DNA of 64,000 nt, taken from NCBI RefSeq assembly GCF_963921235.1, contig NC_086109.1, positions 11,594,001 to 11,658,000 of the forward strand, in the 5' to 3' direction. The notes beneath the pieces are model-generated. The model was not told where the DNA came from. It made no database searches and worked only from the letters and a program-made list of their open reading frames with translations. Source of the stretch: Mobula hypostoma. Lineage: Eukaryota. A program made the translations under genes and the position numbers. This document shows, in pieces, positions 27,401 to 38,291 of the stretch. Each line of letters begins with the position of its first letter. Positions within the stretch are counted from its first letter, which is position 1.

Positions 27401-30400
27401 TGCATGGTGACTTGGACAGATTGGGTGAGTGGGCAGATGCATGGCAGATTCAATTTAATGTAGATAAATGTGAGGTTATCCACTTTGGTGGCAAGAACAG
27501 GAAGGCAGATTACTATCTGAATGTTGTCAAGTTAGGAAAGGGGAAGTACAATGAGATCTGGGTGTTCTTGTTTATCAGTCACTGAAAATAAGCATACAGG
27601 TGCAGCAGGCAGTGAAGAAACTAAGGGTATGCTGGCCTTCATAACAAGGGGAGTTGAGTATAGGAGCAATGAGGTGCTTCTGCAGCTGTACAGGGCCCTG
27701 CTGAGACCTCACCTGGAGTATTGTGTGCAGTTTTGGTCTCCAAATTTGAAGAAGGACATTCTTGCCATGGAGGGAGTACAGCGTAGGTTCACTGGGTTAA
27801 TTCCAGGGATGGCGGGAATATCATATGTTGAAACATTGGAGCACCTGGGCTTGTATACACTGGAATTTAGAAGGATAAGCGGGGATCTGATTGAAACAGT
27901 TAAGATTTTTAAGGGATTGGACATGCTAGAGGCAGGAAACATGTTCCCGATGTTGGGGGAGTCCAGAACCAGAGACCACAGTTTAAGAATAAGGGGTTGA
28001 CTATTTAGAACGGAGTTGAGGAAAAACTTTTTCACACAGAGGTTTGTGGATCTGTGGAATGCTCTGCCTCAGAAGGCAGTGGAGGCCAATTCTCTGGATT
28101 CTTTCAAGAAAGAATTAGATAGAGCTCTTAAAGATAGCGGAGTCAAGGGATATGGGGAGAAGGCAGGAGCAGGGTACTGATCGTGGATGATCAACCGTGA
28201 TCACAGTGAATGGCGGTGCTGGCTCGAATGGCCGAATGGCTTACTCCTGCATCTATTGTCTATTGACTATTGAATGTAAGCTGATGAGTAGATAAGTGAT
28301 TGCAGCTGCTCATTACAATTGAAGTTGAAATGTTCAACAGTTGAGAATTTGAATAAAAAAGAGAAAAGTGACTGGCTACAGAATGTGGATATCTCCTTTG
28401 GAATGAATTATTCTTCCTTGCAGGTTTATGAGCACGTAGAATTGTAGCAACACACGTAAAAGTTGCTGGTGAATGCAGCAGGCCAGGCAGCATCTGTAGG
28501 AAGAGGTGCAGTCGACTTTTCAGGCCGAGACCCTTCGTCAGGACTAACTGAAGGAAGAGTGAGTAAGGGATTTGAAAGTTGGAGGGGGAGGGGGAGATCC
28601 AAAATGATAGGAGAAGACAGGAGGGGGAGGGATGGAGCCAAGAGCTGGACAGGTGATAAGGCAAAAGGGATACGAGAGGATCATGGGACAGGAGGTCCGG
28701 GAAGAAAGACAAGGGGGGGGGACCCAGAGGATGGGCAAGAGGTATATTCAGAGGGACAGAGGGAGAAAAAGGAGAGTGAGAGAAAGAATGTGTGTATAAA
28801 AATAAGTAACAGATGGGGTACGAGAGGGAGGTGGGGCATTAGCGGAAGTTAGAGAAGTTGATGTTCATGCCATCAGGTTGGAGGCGACCCAGACGGAATA
28901 TAAGGTGTTGTTCCTCCAACCTGAGTGTGGCTTCATCTTTACAGTAGAGGAGGCTGTGGATAGACATGTCAGAATGGGAATGGGATGTGGAATTAAAATG
29001 TGTGGCCACTGGGAGATCCTGCTTTCTCTGGCGGACAGAGCGTAGGTGTTCAGCAAAGCGATCTCTCAGTCTGCGTCGGGTCTCGCCAATATATAAAAGG
29101 CCACATCGGGAGCACCGGACGCAGTATATCACCCCAGTCGACTCACAGGTGAAGTGTTGCCTCACCTGGAAGGACTGTTTGGGGCCCTGAATGGTGGTAA
29201 GGGAGGAAGTGTAAGGGCATGTGTAGCACTTGTTCCGCTTACACGGATAAGTGCCAGGAGGGAGATCAGTGGGGAGGGATGGAGGGGACGAATGGACAAG
29301 GGAGTCGCGTAGGGAGCGATCCCTGCGGAATGCAGAGAGTGGGGGGAGGGAAAAACGTGCTTAGTGGTGGGATCCCGTTGGAGGTGGCGGAAGTTACGGA
29401 GAATAATATGTTGGACCTGGAGGCTGGTGGGGTGGTAGGTGAGGACCAGGGAAACCCGATTCCTAGTGGGGTGGTGGGAGGATGGAGTGAGAGCAGATGT
29501 ACGTGAAATGGGGGAGATGCGTTTAAGAGCAGAGTTGATAGTGGAGGAAGGGAAACCCCTTTCTTTAAAAAAGGAAGACATCTCCCTTGTCCTAGAATGA
29601 AAAGCCTCATCCTGAGAGCAGATGCGGCGGAGACGGAGGAATTGCGAGAAGGGGATGGCGTTTTTGCAAGAGACAGGGTGAGAAGAGGAATAGTCCAGAT
29701 AGCTGTGAGAGTCAGTAGGCTTATAGTAGACATCAGTGGATAAGCTGTCTCCAGAGACAGAGACAGAAAGATCTAGAAAGGGGAGGGAGGTGTCGGAAAT
29801 GGACCAGGTAAACTTGAGGGCAGGGTGAAAGTTGGAGGCAAAGTTAATAAAGTCAACGAGCTCTGCATGCGTGCAGGAAGCAGTGCCAATGCAGTCATCG
29901 ATGTAGCGAAGGAAAAGTGGGGGATAGATACCAGAATAGGCACGGAACATAGATTGTTCCACAAAGCCAACAAAAAGGCAGGCATAGCTAGGACCCATAC
30001 GGGTGCCCATAGCTACACCTTTAGTTTGGAGGAAGTGGGAGGAGCCAAAGGAGAAATTATTAAGAGTAAGGACTAGTTCCGCTAGACGGAGCAGAGTGGT
30101 GGTAGAGGGGAACTGATTAGGTCTGGAATCCAAAAAGAAGCATAGAGCTTTGAGACCTTCCTGATGAGGGATGGAAGTATATAGGGACTGGACATCCATG
30201 GTGAAAATAAAGCGGTGGGGGCCAGGGAACTTAAAATCATCAAAAAGTTTAAGAGCGTGAGAAGTGTCACGAACATAGGTAGGAAGGGATTGAACAAGGG
30301 GGGATAAAACCGTGTCGAGGTATGCAGAAATGAGTTCAGTGGGGCAGGAGCAAGCTGAGACAATAGGTCGGCCAGGACAGGCAGGTTTGTGGATCTTGGG

Positions 30401-33400
30401 TAGGAGGTAGAAACGGGAAGTGCGAGGTGTGGGAACTATAAGGTTGGTAGCAGTGGATGGGAGATCCCCTGAGCGGATAAAGTCGGTGATGGTGTGGGAG
30501 ACAATGGCCTGGTGCTCCTTAGTGGGGTCACGATCGAGGGGTAAATAAGAGGAGGTATCCGCGAGTTGTCGCTGTGCCTCGGCAAGGTAGAGGTCAGTAC
30601 GCCAGACTACAACGGCACCCCCCTTATCAGCGGGTTTAATAATAATGTTAGGATTAGTGCGGAGGGAGTGGAGAGCAGAGCGTTCCGAAGGAGTGAGGTT
30701 AGATTGGGGACAAGGTGCGGTGAAGTCGAGACGGTTGATGTCCCATCGGCAGTTAGCGACAAAGAGATCCAGAGCAGACAGAAGACCAGACCGGGGTGTC
30801 CATGAAGAAGAGGAGGTTTGAAGACGGGAGAAGGGGTCATTGGTGGGGGTGGAAGAGTCCTTGCCAAAGAAGTAGGCTCGGAGACGGAGACGGCAGAAGA
30901 AAAGTTCCGCGTCATGGTGAACACGGAACTCGCTGAGGTGTGACAAAGGTGAGGCCCTTACTGAGGACAGAGCGCTCTGCTTCCGACAGTTGAAGGTCGG
31001 AGGGGATGGTAAAGACACGGCACGGATGAGAGCTGGAATCAGAGGGTGGAGGGGAGAGGCTGGGGGTGTCAATGGAGAGGGGAGGGTTGGGGTGAGAGGA
31101 AGATGGAGCCTCTGAGAACCCAGGAGCTGACGATGGGATCTGAAGGAGATGGGATTGCAGAGTATTGGTGGGGCAAGGGGAGACGGGAGTCACAATAGCA
31201 GCACATAAAGACCCGTCCTGGAGTCAAGGCTGGAATCTTGAGAGCTCAGATCAGAGGGGGGAGGGGGGAGGCTGGGGTTGTCAGTGGAGAGGGGAGGGTT
31301 GGGGTGAGAGGAAGATGGAGCCTCTGAGGGCCCAGGAGCTGATGGTGGGATCTGAGGGAGACGGAGTTGCAGAGTGGTGGTGGGGGACGGGGAGACGGGA
31401 GTCACAATAGCAGCATATAAAGACCCGGCCTGGAGTCGCAGTTGGTGGTTGCGCAATCACTTTGAATGTGTCCATGGTCATTGCTGGAGTCCGGGTTTTG
31501 AATATGCCCTGAGGTGTTGGAGCCAGTGAGATCAATGGCAGAGGTAGAATTGTATTTGTTTTTCTTTCAAGAAGGAAGATATGTTATTATGTGTGCATAT
31601 TAAATAACTTCAGTTCCCAGTGGGCAACGTGAGAGGTTCACCTGGTATGAAAAGCTACAATGGCGACCTGGTTGCATAGGTCAAGGGTTGAGCAGCAGTT
31701 CAGTAATAAAATGTTCTCACATTTTATTGATTATGAACATACCTCAGAAGCCTCTTTATTAGATAAAGGCAATGCGTAATAAAATGGGCACTGAGTGTAA
31801 TTTCTGGAATCTTTCTAAACAGTGATCTGACAAAGTTCCTTTTATTTTGGGGAATTTATTTCTGGTGAAAGTCCATGATCAACCTTTTTGTTATCATCAG
31901 TTTTGAGGAAAGTAGTGATTTCTGTGGACACTCTCCAGATGAGCTTTTGTGTTCCTGGTCAAAGAATGTTCCTGAGAGTTTCCCAGTTCCCTGAAAATTC
32001 CCTCAGCAGCTGGGACTACATTTCCCCCTCCATCCATACTGGGACATCTCCCACACCGAAGCTGGGCTCTTGCTGTTGGTCACAAGCGCAGATCCCACTG
32101 GGTCAACATTTCTGTGCTGAACCAAGGTGACAGAGTGAAAGCAGAAGGTTCCTGATCCCAGTCTGTCCACTTCTGGGACTACAGGGAAAAGGCCTGGCCT
32201 CCAACTCCCACTGGAGCATCTGAGATTGGAGAGTGGGAATAGGGTTTGTGGGGATGGAGAGAGAAGGAAGAACACTGAGGAAGGGGAGAGTGATCAGTGT
32301 GGAGAGGGGAAGAAAGGGAGGGTAAAGGTGAAGGGTGGATATAAAATGTTCTGGTAATATCCCGCAGGGATGTGAAGATAAAGTTGAAGATTTCATCTCT
32401 TTAATAATTGAGACAGAGATAATGTAAACTGTTAACTGTTCAGCAAAGGATTCCCACATCTTATCATTTGTATTTTGTTCAGATTGCCAGAAATCCCAAC
32501 CATTCTTTTAGTGCAGTTGTAATGAGCAGTTTGTAGGAAGGACAGGGAGCAGGGCTGAGAGGCTGCAAAGGAGATTCACTGGGATGTTGCCTGATAGGCA
32601 ACGATTAAATTATGTGGAAAGACTAGAGAGACTAGATTGTATTTTTTGGGGAGGTGAAGACTGAAGGGGGACTGACTGATATCTGCCAAACTATATGGGG
32701 AATAGATGGAATTGTTTGTGGTAAACTTCGGCTCACAGTTTTTGTAACCAGGGACTGAAGTTTAAGGTAAGGAATAAAAGATTTAGAGGGCATATAAAGA
32801 ATATTTTTACTTCACCCAGAGGTGAGGGAGGAAATTCTCAGGCTGGGAGAGTGAAGAAAAATATTAACATACCTTCAGAAACCTCCAGTGAAATGGTCAA
32901 CCTTTTGTTCGGTTTCCACATTTCCCTTTCTATCATACACTGGTATAGCCCTTCATCACTCATCTTTAGATTGTCCATGGTTACTGAAAATATCCCTTGT
33001 ATTTTGTTGTCAGTCATTGATACTTGTCCTTTTTGTGGCTGCTCAGTCGAAACCAGATCATTACAACCAACGTAAGTTTCACCTCTACACCATTTCTTCA
33101 CGTAGTCCTTGTATTTCTGATCATACCGACATTCCACAGTGACTGATTCTCCCACTACTCCTCTGACCTTCTTAGGTCCAGTTAATGCAGTTGAGCCTGT
33201 GAAGAGATTAATAATGAAAGGTCACTCACATGTCACCAGAACAAAGGGCAGTAAGCAATATAAACTCATCATTTCAGTTGTTCAGAAAATTCCATGATTT
33301 TGCAGAGATCATGTTCCATTTTAATAGTTTATCCCTGATGTTAATCCTTATTTCACTGAGATTGTTCTTGAAGTTACAGTGAAAGCGGAATCGCTCAGTT

Positions 33401-36400
33401 AGGCATTTCCAACTTGTGCATCTGCTGTTTCTTCTGTTGGTCCGTTGGTTCAATCTGTGCAGATTGGAAGTAGCATCTCCAACTTGCTGACAATCAACAC
33501 TGGTTCTCCTCAGGGATGTGAGTTTAGCCAACTTCTCTTCTTGGGGTGCCCCACAAGGCTGTGTACTCAGCCCCCTGCTGTACTCACTGTACACCCATGA
33601 TTGTGTAGCCAAGCTTCCATCGAACTCAATATATAAGTTTGCTGATGACACCACAATTGTAGGCCGTATCTCGGGTAATGATGAGTTTGAGTACAGAGAG
33701 GAAATTAAGAACCTGGTAGCATGGTGTGAAGACGATCACCTATCCCTCAATGTCAGCAAGACGAAGGAATTGGTTGTTGACTTCAGAAGGAGTAGCGGAC
33801 CGCACGACCCCATTTAGATCGGTGGTGTGCAAGCGGTACAGGTCAAAAGCTTTAAGTTCCTCAGGGTCAATATCACAAATAAACCTGACTTGGCCCAACC
33901 AAACAGAGTCCACTGCCAAGAAGGCCCACCAGCGCCTTTACTTCCTGAGAAATCTAAAGAAATTTGGTCTGGCCACTAAATCCCTCACTAATTTTTATAG
34001 ATGCACCGTAGAAAGCATTCTTCTAGGGTGCATCACATCTAGTATGGAAGTTGTCCTGTCCAAGTCCAGAAGAAGCTACAGAAAATCATGAACACAGCCC
34101 AGCATATCACACAAACCAATCTTCCGTCCCTGGACTCACTTAACACCGCACGCAGTCGGAGCAGTGCTGCCAGGATAATCAAGGACACGACCCACCAGCC
34201 AACACACTTTTTGTCCCTTTTCCCTCTGAGAGAAGGCCCAGGAGCTTGAAGTCTCGTACGGCAAGATTTGGGAACAGCTTCTTTCGAACTGTGATAAGAT
34301 TGCTGAACTGATCCTGACCCGGATCTGGGCCGTACCCTCCAAATATCTGGACCTGCCTCTCGGTTTTTTTGCACTAACTTACTTTCCCTTTTCTATTTTC
34401 TATTTATGATTTATAATTAAAATTTTTAATATTTACTATTGATTTGTACTCCTGGGAGCGGGAAGTGCAGAATCAAATATCGCTGTGATGCTAGTATGCT
34501 CTAGAATCAGAATCAGAGTCAGAATCCTTTATTATCGCCAAGTACGTGGACACATACAAGGAATTTGATGCCGGTTTCCCTGAGCTCTCGCTGTACAGAA
34601 TCAAAAAGCAAACAAAACAATAGTGCAAATAATCGTGAACTATATACAATGAGGTATACCTGTATATGTACAGGTGGATTTTGTTTATAATAGACTAAAA
34701 TTCAAGTGTTTATACGACTGATGGGATACAGAAAGAAACTTTTCTTGTACCTATTTGTCCTGGCATACAGTGATCTAAAGCGCCTACCAGAAGGAAGGAG
34801 TTGGAACAGGTGATGTCCAGGGTGTGATGGGTCTACAATGATGCTGCTTGCTCGCTTCCTGACTCCAGATGCATATAAGTCCTGGATTGAGGGCAGCTTC
34901 ACATCAATAATCCTTTCCGCAGCCCTGATGGTTCGTTGGAGTCTATTCTTGTCTTGTTTGGTAGCTGATCTGAACCAGACAGTGATGGACGAACAGAGAA
35001 CAGACTGGATTGTTGCTGAATAGAATTGAATCAGCAGCTCCTGAGGCAGGTTGTACTTCCTGAGTTGACGTAGGAAATCAATTGTTTGGTGACAATAAAG
35101 TTTAAAGCCGGTGGGAGGAGAGGATGATAATAAAAGTGAGACAACATTTTCCAGGACCATGGTGCTACATGAAACGATGCAAAAACTACACTGAACTACG
35201 TAAGAAAAAAACACAAAAACTACACTAGACTACAGACCTATCCAGGACTGCATAAAGTGCACAAAACAGTGCAGGCATTACAAGAAATAATAAACAAGAC
35301 AGTAGGCACAGTAGAGTAGGTTGGTGTCAAGCCAGGCTCTGGGTATTGAGGAGTCTGATGGCTTGGGGGAAGAAACTGTTACATAGTGTGGTCGTGAGAG
35401 CCCGAATGCTTCGGTGCCTTTTTCCAGATGGCAGGAGGGAGAAGAGTTTATATGAGGGGTGTGTGGGGTCCTTCTTAATGCTGTTTGCTTTGCGGATGCA
35501 GCATGTGTTGTAAATGTCTGTAATGTCTCAAACGTCATCCAGAAATTTGCTGATGGCACAGCCATTGTAGGCAGAATGTCAGATGGTGACGAGAGGGCAT
35601 ACAAGAATGGGATATACCAGCTAGTTGAGTGGTGTCACAGGAACAACCTTGCACTCAGTGCATGCAAGACCAAAGAGCTTATTATTTCAATTCAAAAAGG
35701 TAAGATGAGGGAACACATGTTAATCCTCAGAGAAGGATCAGAAGTGGAGACAGTGAGCAACTTCAAGTTCCTGGGTGTTCGTATGTATGAGGACCTAACC
35801 TGGTTCCGTTATATTGACACAGCTATGAAAAAGGCTATATTTCATTCGCAGTTTGAGGAGATTTGGTATGTTACCTACAATCCTCAGACATTTCTATAGA
35901 TGTACCATGAAAAGCAATCTGACTGGCTGCATCATCATCTAGTATCAGAAACAACTTCTGCCCATCTGCTCTCCGCTTTCTGAATGGACATTGAGCTCAT
36001 GAGCAGTAGATCACTTCTTTTTCTATTTTTGCAGTATTTATGCAATAAAACAATTTTTATCTATTATGCATTTTTTCAGCTCTCAGCAATTTACTTCGAT
36101 CCTGTGCAGTCTCATATCAAATGGTGATACAAACAACTGTAATTCAGTTTTTTCCTATATTATCATGTATGGCGTTGTGCAGCTGGTGCAAAGTTAACAA
36201 ATTTCACAAAATATGTTGGTGATATTAAACCTGATTCTGATTCTGATCCTTGTTGAGGGCAGGTTGTGATTCCTGGGAAAATGATCCCTGCTTGGTTCAG
36301 CGAAAGAGTCATCACATTCTTAGGGGCAACCAGAGGTAGAGAATAAATTCTGGCCTTGTCAATGATGCCCAGATCTGAATGAAATTATTGGGGGATCATC

Positions 36401-37661
36401 CAGTGTGGCTTTATTCAGGGCTCTGTGTGGATACTGGCAGCTCGAGAACATCTTCACACTGTACTTCATCCAGTCTCTGAAACGTAACATCATTCAATTC
36501 TCTTTCCAGTCACTGGTAACGTGGGCAGTGGACAGCACACTCCCCATTGTGTAGTGTAAGGAGCCGGTGTGGAGATGTGTGATCAGATCAATCACCAGTT
36601 ACCATCGAGGAATTCAGTGACCTGATCTTCAGAGACTGGGTAAAGCCCACCGTGCAGATGTGCTCAAGCTACCAGGGCCCGCTGTGTTGCAGTTTATTGC
36701 GGTGAGCAGAAGATTTTCAGCAGAAGGGAGACATCGGCACAAATTCTGCAAATATAAAACCAAGAAGAGCTTGTAGTGCTTCCTGATTTCAGAAGAACAT
36801 CTGTTTCCAAAAGGTTGGGTTGCACATATTTTTATTAGAGTGTCCTATAATTCAACGTTTTCCTGTGCAGTGTGTAGAGAGTGTCATAGAGACATAGAGT
36901 CATTGAACACTACAGTATGGAAAAAGCCCTTCAGCCCATCTAGTCTATGTTGAACTATTAATCTGCCTAGACCCGTCAACCTTCACCCAGACTGTAGTCC
37001 TCCATGCCCATTCCATCCGTGTACTTATCCAAATTTCTTTTGAATATTGAAATGGAACCTGCATCCACCACTTCGCGAGCGGTCCGCTGTGGCTTTCTCA
37101 GGCTGACTGTACCCCACCCAGTGCCAGTGGTGTGTTCCGGGTAAAGCTGAGTGGGTGATGTTCTGGCCACTGAGTCAGAGAGTTGCCGGTTCCTCTCGCA
37201 CGCCAGGAGCCTGAGCACTGATGGAGTGTACATCTGAGGGAGCTTGGCACTGTTAGAGGACCCTCCTTGTTCAGGATGAGAATTATCCCCGACACCAAGG
37301 GCAAGTGGCAGGGTAGAGGGCAGTTATCGCTTTGCTATTCAGGAGAATTTGCTGTGTACACATTGGCTACGCACAACACCACACAGACTCTGATGGAGGT
37401 TACTGCAGGATCCTGCAGACTGAGTGTTTTACCATTAGCTGAACTACCGAGCGAGGGAACAACATCAGAATTTCCTGTTTTTCATCAGTTGCTTTGACAA
37501 AAACACTTTAGGCCACTTGTTAATAATTCTAAAGATCAGGTTACTTTATAAAACAATGATTTACCTGAAAAGATATCAACAGAGATGAGAGCCAGTAAAG
37601 CGATTGATTCCACAATCCTGGGCCGTTTCTGGTGAGTGAGTTCACCCTGCACCAACTCCAT
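6418..37661 (-). CDS. Gene A: single-V CD300/pIgR-like membrane receptor; join(37565-37661, 32873-33196, 8783-8888, 6418-6499), 202 aa
   Basis: Four AG/GT exons, each homologous to a gene B exon. They sum to 609 nt and read open from ATG to TGA. The direct V-to-TM join across a 24-kb intron is inferred from phase only. Confidence 0.7.
7840..8135 (-). mobile_element. tRNA-derived V-SINE-like element
   Basis: tRNA-like head (gtagcagttagcgtgatgctattacagc..ttcaattc), tgggtttcct central motif, LINE-like tail. Confidence 0.55.
8783..8888 (-). CDS. Gene A transmembrane exon ([36 protein letters not shown])
   Basis: Acceptor ttttcttggtccatcag|GA and donor AAG|gtatat; 106 nt, phase 1-2; paralog of 44295-44402. 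Confidence 0.85.
9850..10350 (+). mobile_element. Degraded Penelope pLTR fragment
   Basis: Pyrimidine-rich tract ending in the gattccagcatctgcagtc motif shared with other pLTR copies. Confidence 0.5.
10925..11450 (-). mobile_element. CR1 3' fragment
   Basis: RMLPG.E.LSY.ERL.RLGLY..E and RG...RV.GE.F.GN.RGN.FTQ.VV..WN.LP. Confidence 0.7.
11450..12845 (-). mobile_element. Rex1/Babar LINE RT fragment
   Basis: [26 protein letters not shown]...[18 protein letters not shown]. Confidence 0.82.
12850..13736 (+). mobile_element. PIF/Harbinger DNA transposon remnant (right end)
   Basis: Terminal gtagtgtggacgtagcc (reverse complement GGCTACGTCCACACTAC, a Harbinger-type TIR). Internal frameshifted [38 protein letters not shown] resembles the Myb/SANT-like ORF C-terminus. 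No left TIR found. Confidence 0.62.
13745..14390 (+). mobile_element. L1/Tx1-type LINE 3' end
   Basis: ORF2 C-terminus [21 protein letters not shown]...LSLEKIR...FEKRW, T-rich 3'UTR, A-rich tail. Confidence 0.75.
14440..15290 (+). mobile_element. Degraded CR1 RT fragment
   Basis: [18 protein letters not shown]. Confidence 0.7.
15290..17705 (+). mobile_element. Penelope-like element, 5'-truncated, with inverted 5' pLTR copy
   Basis: ORF 15863-17020 ([33 protein letters not shown] start [16 protein letters not shown]). 15290-15608 is the reverse complement of about 17340-17660. Confidence 0.9.
17567..17603 (+). ncRNA. Minimal hammerhead motif in Penelope pLTR (degenerate)
   Basis: TAGTC-CTGATGA-agggtcttggcct-GAAA-C-ATC-AACT. 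Confidence 0.5.
17725..18382 (+). repeat. Unclassified retroposon-like interspersed repeat
   Basis: CpG-rich body, aaatgacaataaaaga and (taatc)n tail; no coding similarity recognised. Confidence 0.4.
18600..19030 (+). mobile_element. Highly degraded CR1 ORF1 esterase/endonuclease remnant
   Basis: RVKDI...GEG.DA.I.IGTDD.G...E.L..DY..FG. Confidence 0.5.
19992..20708 (+). mobile_element. Solo LTR inserted in Gypsy pol
   Basis: TGTAAGGGG...GGCTACA with TSD CATG/CAGG; removing it restores SDIQVFVDM in pol. Confidence 0.8.
20810..25018 (-). mobile_element. Full-length CR1 LINE (ORF1 Cys-rich/coiled-coil + SGNH esterase; ORF2 endonuclease + RT), inactivated
   Basis: ORF1 [10 protein letters not shown]...IRELEQEL and [18 protein letters not shown]; ORF2 [45 protein letters not shown] few stops and frameshifts; possible TSD GAAAC (20805-09/25019-23). 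Confidence 0.95.
25150..25445 (+). mobile_element. L1/Tx1 3'UTR fragment
   Basis: Matches the T-rich UTR and tail of 14130-14390 (gctccggggttgt...gataaaaagattt). Confidence 0.55.
26560..28272 (+). mobile_element. CR1 LINE, 5'-truncated RT and 3' end
   Basis: ORFs 26909-27211, 27172-27585 and 27551-28000; ctattgtctattgactattg tail. Confidence 0.9.
28445..31445 (-). mobile_element. Near full-length Penelope-like element (RT + GIY-YIG, 3' pLTR with hammerhead)
   Basis: 636-aa ORF ([36 protein letters not shown]) and GIY-YIG ORF 28839-29165. Two lesions: a small deletion near 30945 and a 1-nt loss in a C-run near 29345. Confidence 0.93.
28510..28545 (-). ncRNA. Minimal hammerhead motif in Penelope pLTR
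   Basis: AGTC-CTGACGA-agggtctcggcct-GAAA-A-GTC-GACT (stem III C>A). Confidence 0.6.
32873..33196 (-). CDS. Gene A V-type Ig exon VA ([44 protein letters not shown]...[28 protein letters not shown])
   Basis: 324 nt, acag|GC to GAAG|gtatgt, open, CD300/pIgR Cys pattern. Confidence 0.93.
33520..34505 (+). mobile_element. Rex1/Babar LINE, 5'-truncated
   Basis: [34 protein letters not shown]; [16 protein letters not shown]; (agaatc)n tail. Confidence 0.85.
34505..35230 (-). mobile_element. Rex1/Babar LINE 3' fragment
   Basis: [35 protein letters not shown]...[21 protein letters not shown]. Confidence 0.82.
35520..36240 (+). mobile_element. Older Rex1/Babar fragment (probable continuation of 33480-33520)
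   Basis: [19 protein letters not shown]...[17 protein letters not shown]. Confidence 0.68.
37130..37375 (+). mobile_element. Degraded DeuSINE/SacSINE1-like element in gene A intron 1
   Basis: gagtcagagagttgccggttc head, tgagggagcttggcactgttagagg and ttgctgtgtacacattggct motifs, recognised from memory of the family. Confidence 0.45.
37565..37661 (-). CDS. Gene A exon 1, leader [33 protein letters not shown]
   Basis: 97 nt, strong donor TCAG|gtaaat, phase 1; same length as and homologous to the gene B leader. Confidence 0.82.
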
Positions 37662-37803
37662 ATTTCAGCAGTGTCAACCTGATCAGCTCCCTGTACTGTG
37701 TCTGACTTGGTCACTTCCTTATTCAGATGTCTCAAAGAGACTAGTTCCTCTTCTGGTAAAAAAAAAAGCACAAATGAACAGTGGTACAAGATTAGTTCTG
37801 TGC

Positions 37804-37818
37804 CTCACTTCCTGACTC
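37804..37818 (-). promoter_or_regulatory. Conserved ETS-type promoter element GAGTCAGGAAGTGAG (gene A)
   Basis: 15-mer identical to 59872-59886, about 140 nt upstream of the ATG; contains GGAAGT. A second AGGAAGTGA lies near 37711-37719. Confidence 0.55.
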
Positions 37819-38269
37819 TTCCATGGTGAAGGCACCAATCAGGACTGCGCTGGAACTGTCCCACCAGCCTGTGTTGGAGTGGCTATTTCCTGCGTTCTGA
37901 GCTCACTGTGCGTGAAGGTGGGCACTTGCCTCATCATGCACAGCCCCAACCTGTCCAGCCTTCCTCAACGTCTCATGCATTCTTCTCATAAACATATACA
38001 CCTACAGCAGGTCCACCACGATTCACATTACAAACACCTTAAATGAGAATTCAGGCATTGAAGCTCCTTCAATAATTCCAAAAGACTGAAGTTGGGTAAA
38101 TACTGAAAGGCTTTTATTCGCAGTGAGACATGACCTCCATGCTAAGTGTCTGCCCCTGGTCTGAGGGGAAGGAGCAGGGTGAATACGCCTTTATTCAGTG
38201 CTCTGTGGGAGGAGCCACAGGGGCAGTCAGCAGAGGGGTGTGTCCAGACAGTTAACCCAGTTACCACAC

Positions 38270-38291
38270 ATATATATATATATATATATAT
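38270..38291. repeat. (AT)11 microsatellite
   Basis: Direct reading. Confidence 0.95.

Noticed and set aside
28839-31193. Intact, active Penelope element masked by a homopolymer sequencing error
   Set aside because: Besides the 1-nt C-run loss there is a second multi-nucleotide deletion near 30945 that breaks the N-terminal frame.
31642-31790. Minus-strand donor-like sites at 31642 and 31743 as a gene A stalk exon
   Set aside because: No suitable acceptor for the first; for the second, the phase-1 frame hits a stop.
33135-33141. CACAGTG heptamer inside every V exon, suggesting RAG recombination signals
   Set aside because: It is the antisense of the codons for V-T-V, lies inside the exon, and has no nonamer at 12 or 23 nt spacing.
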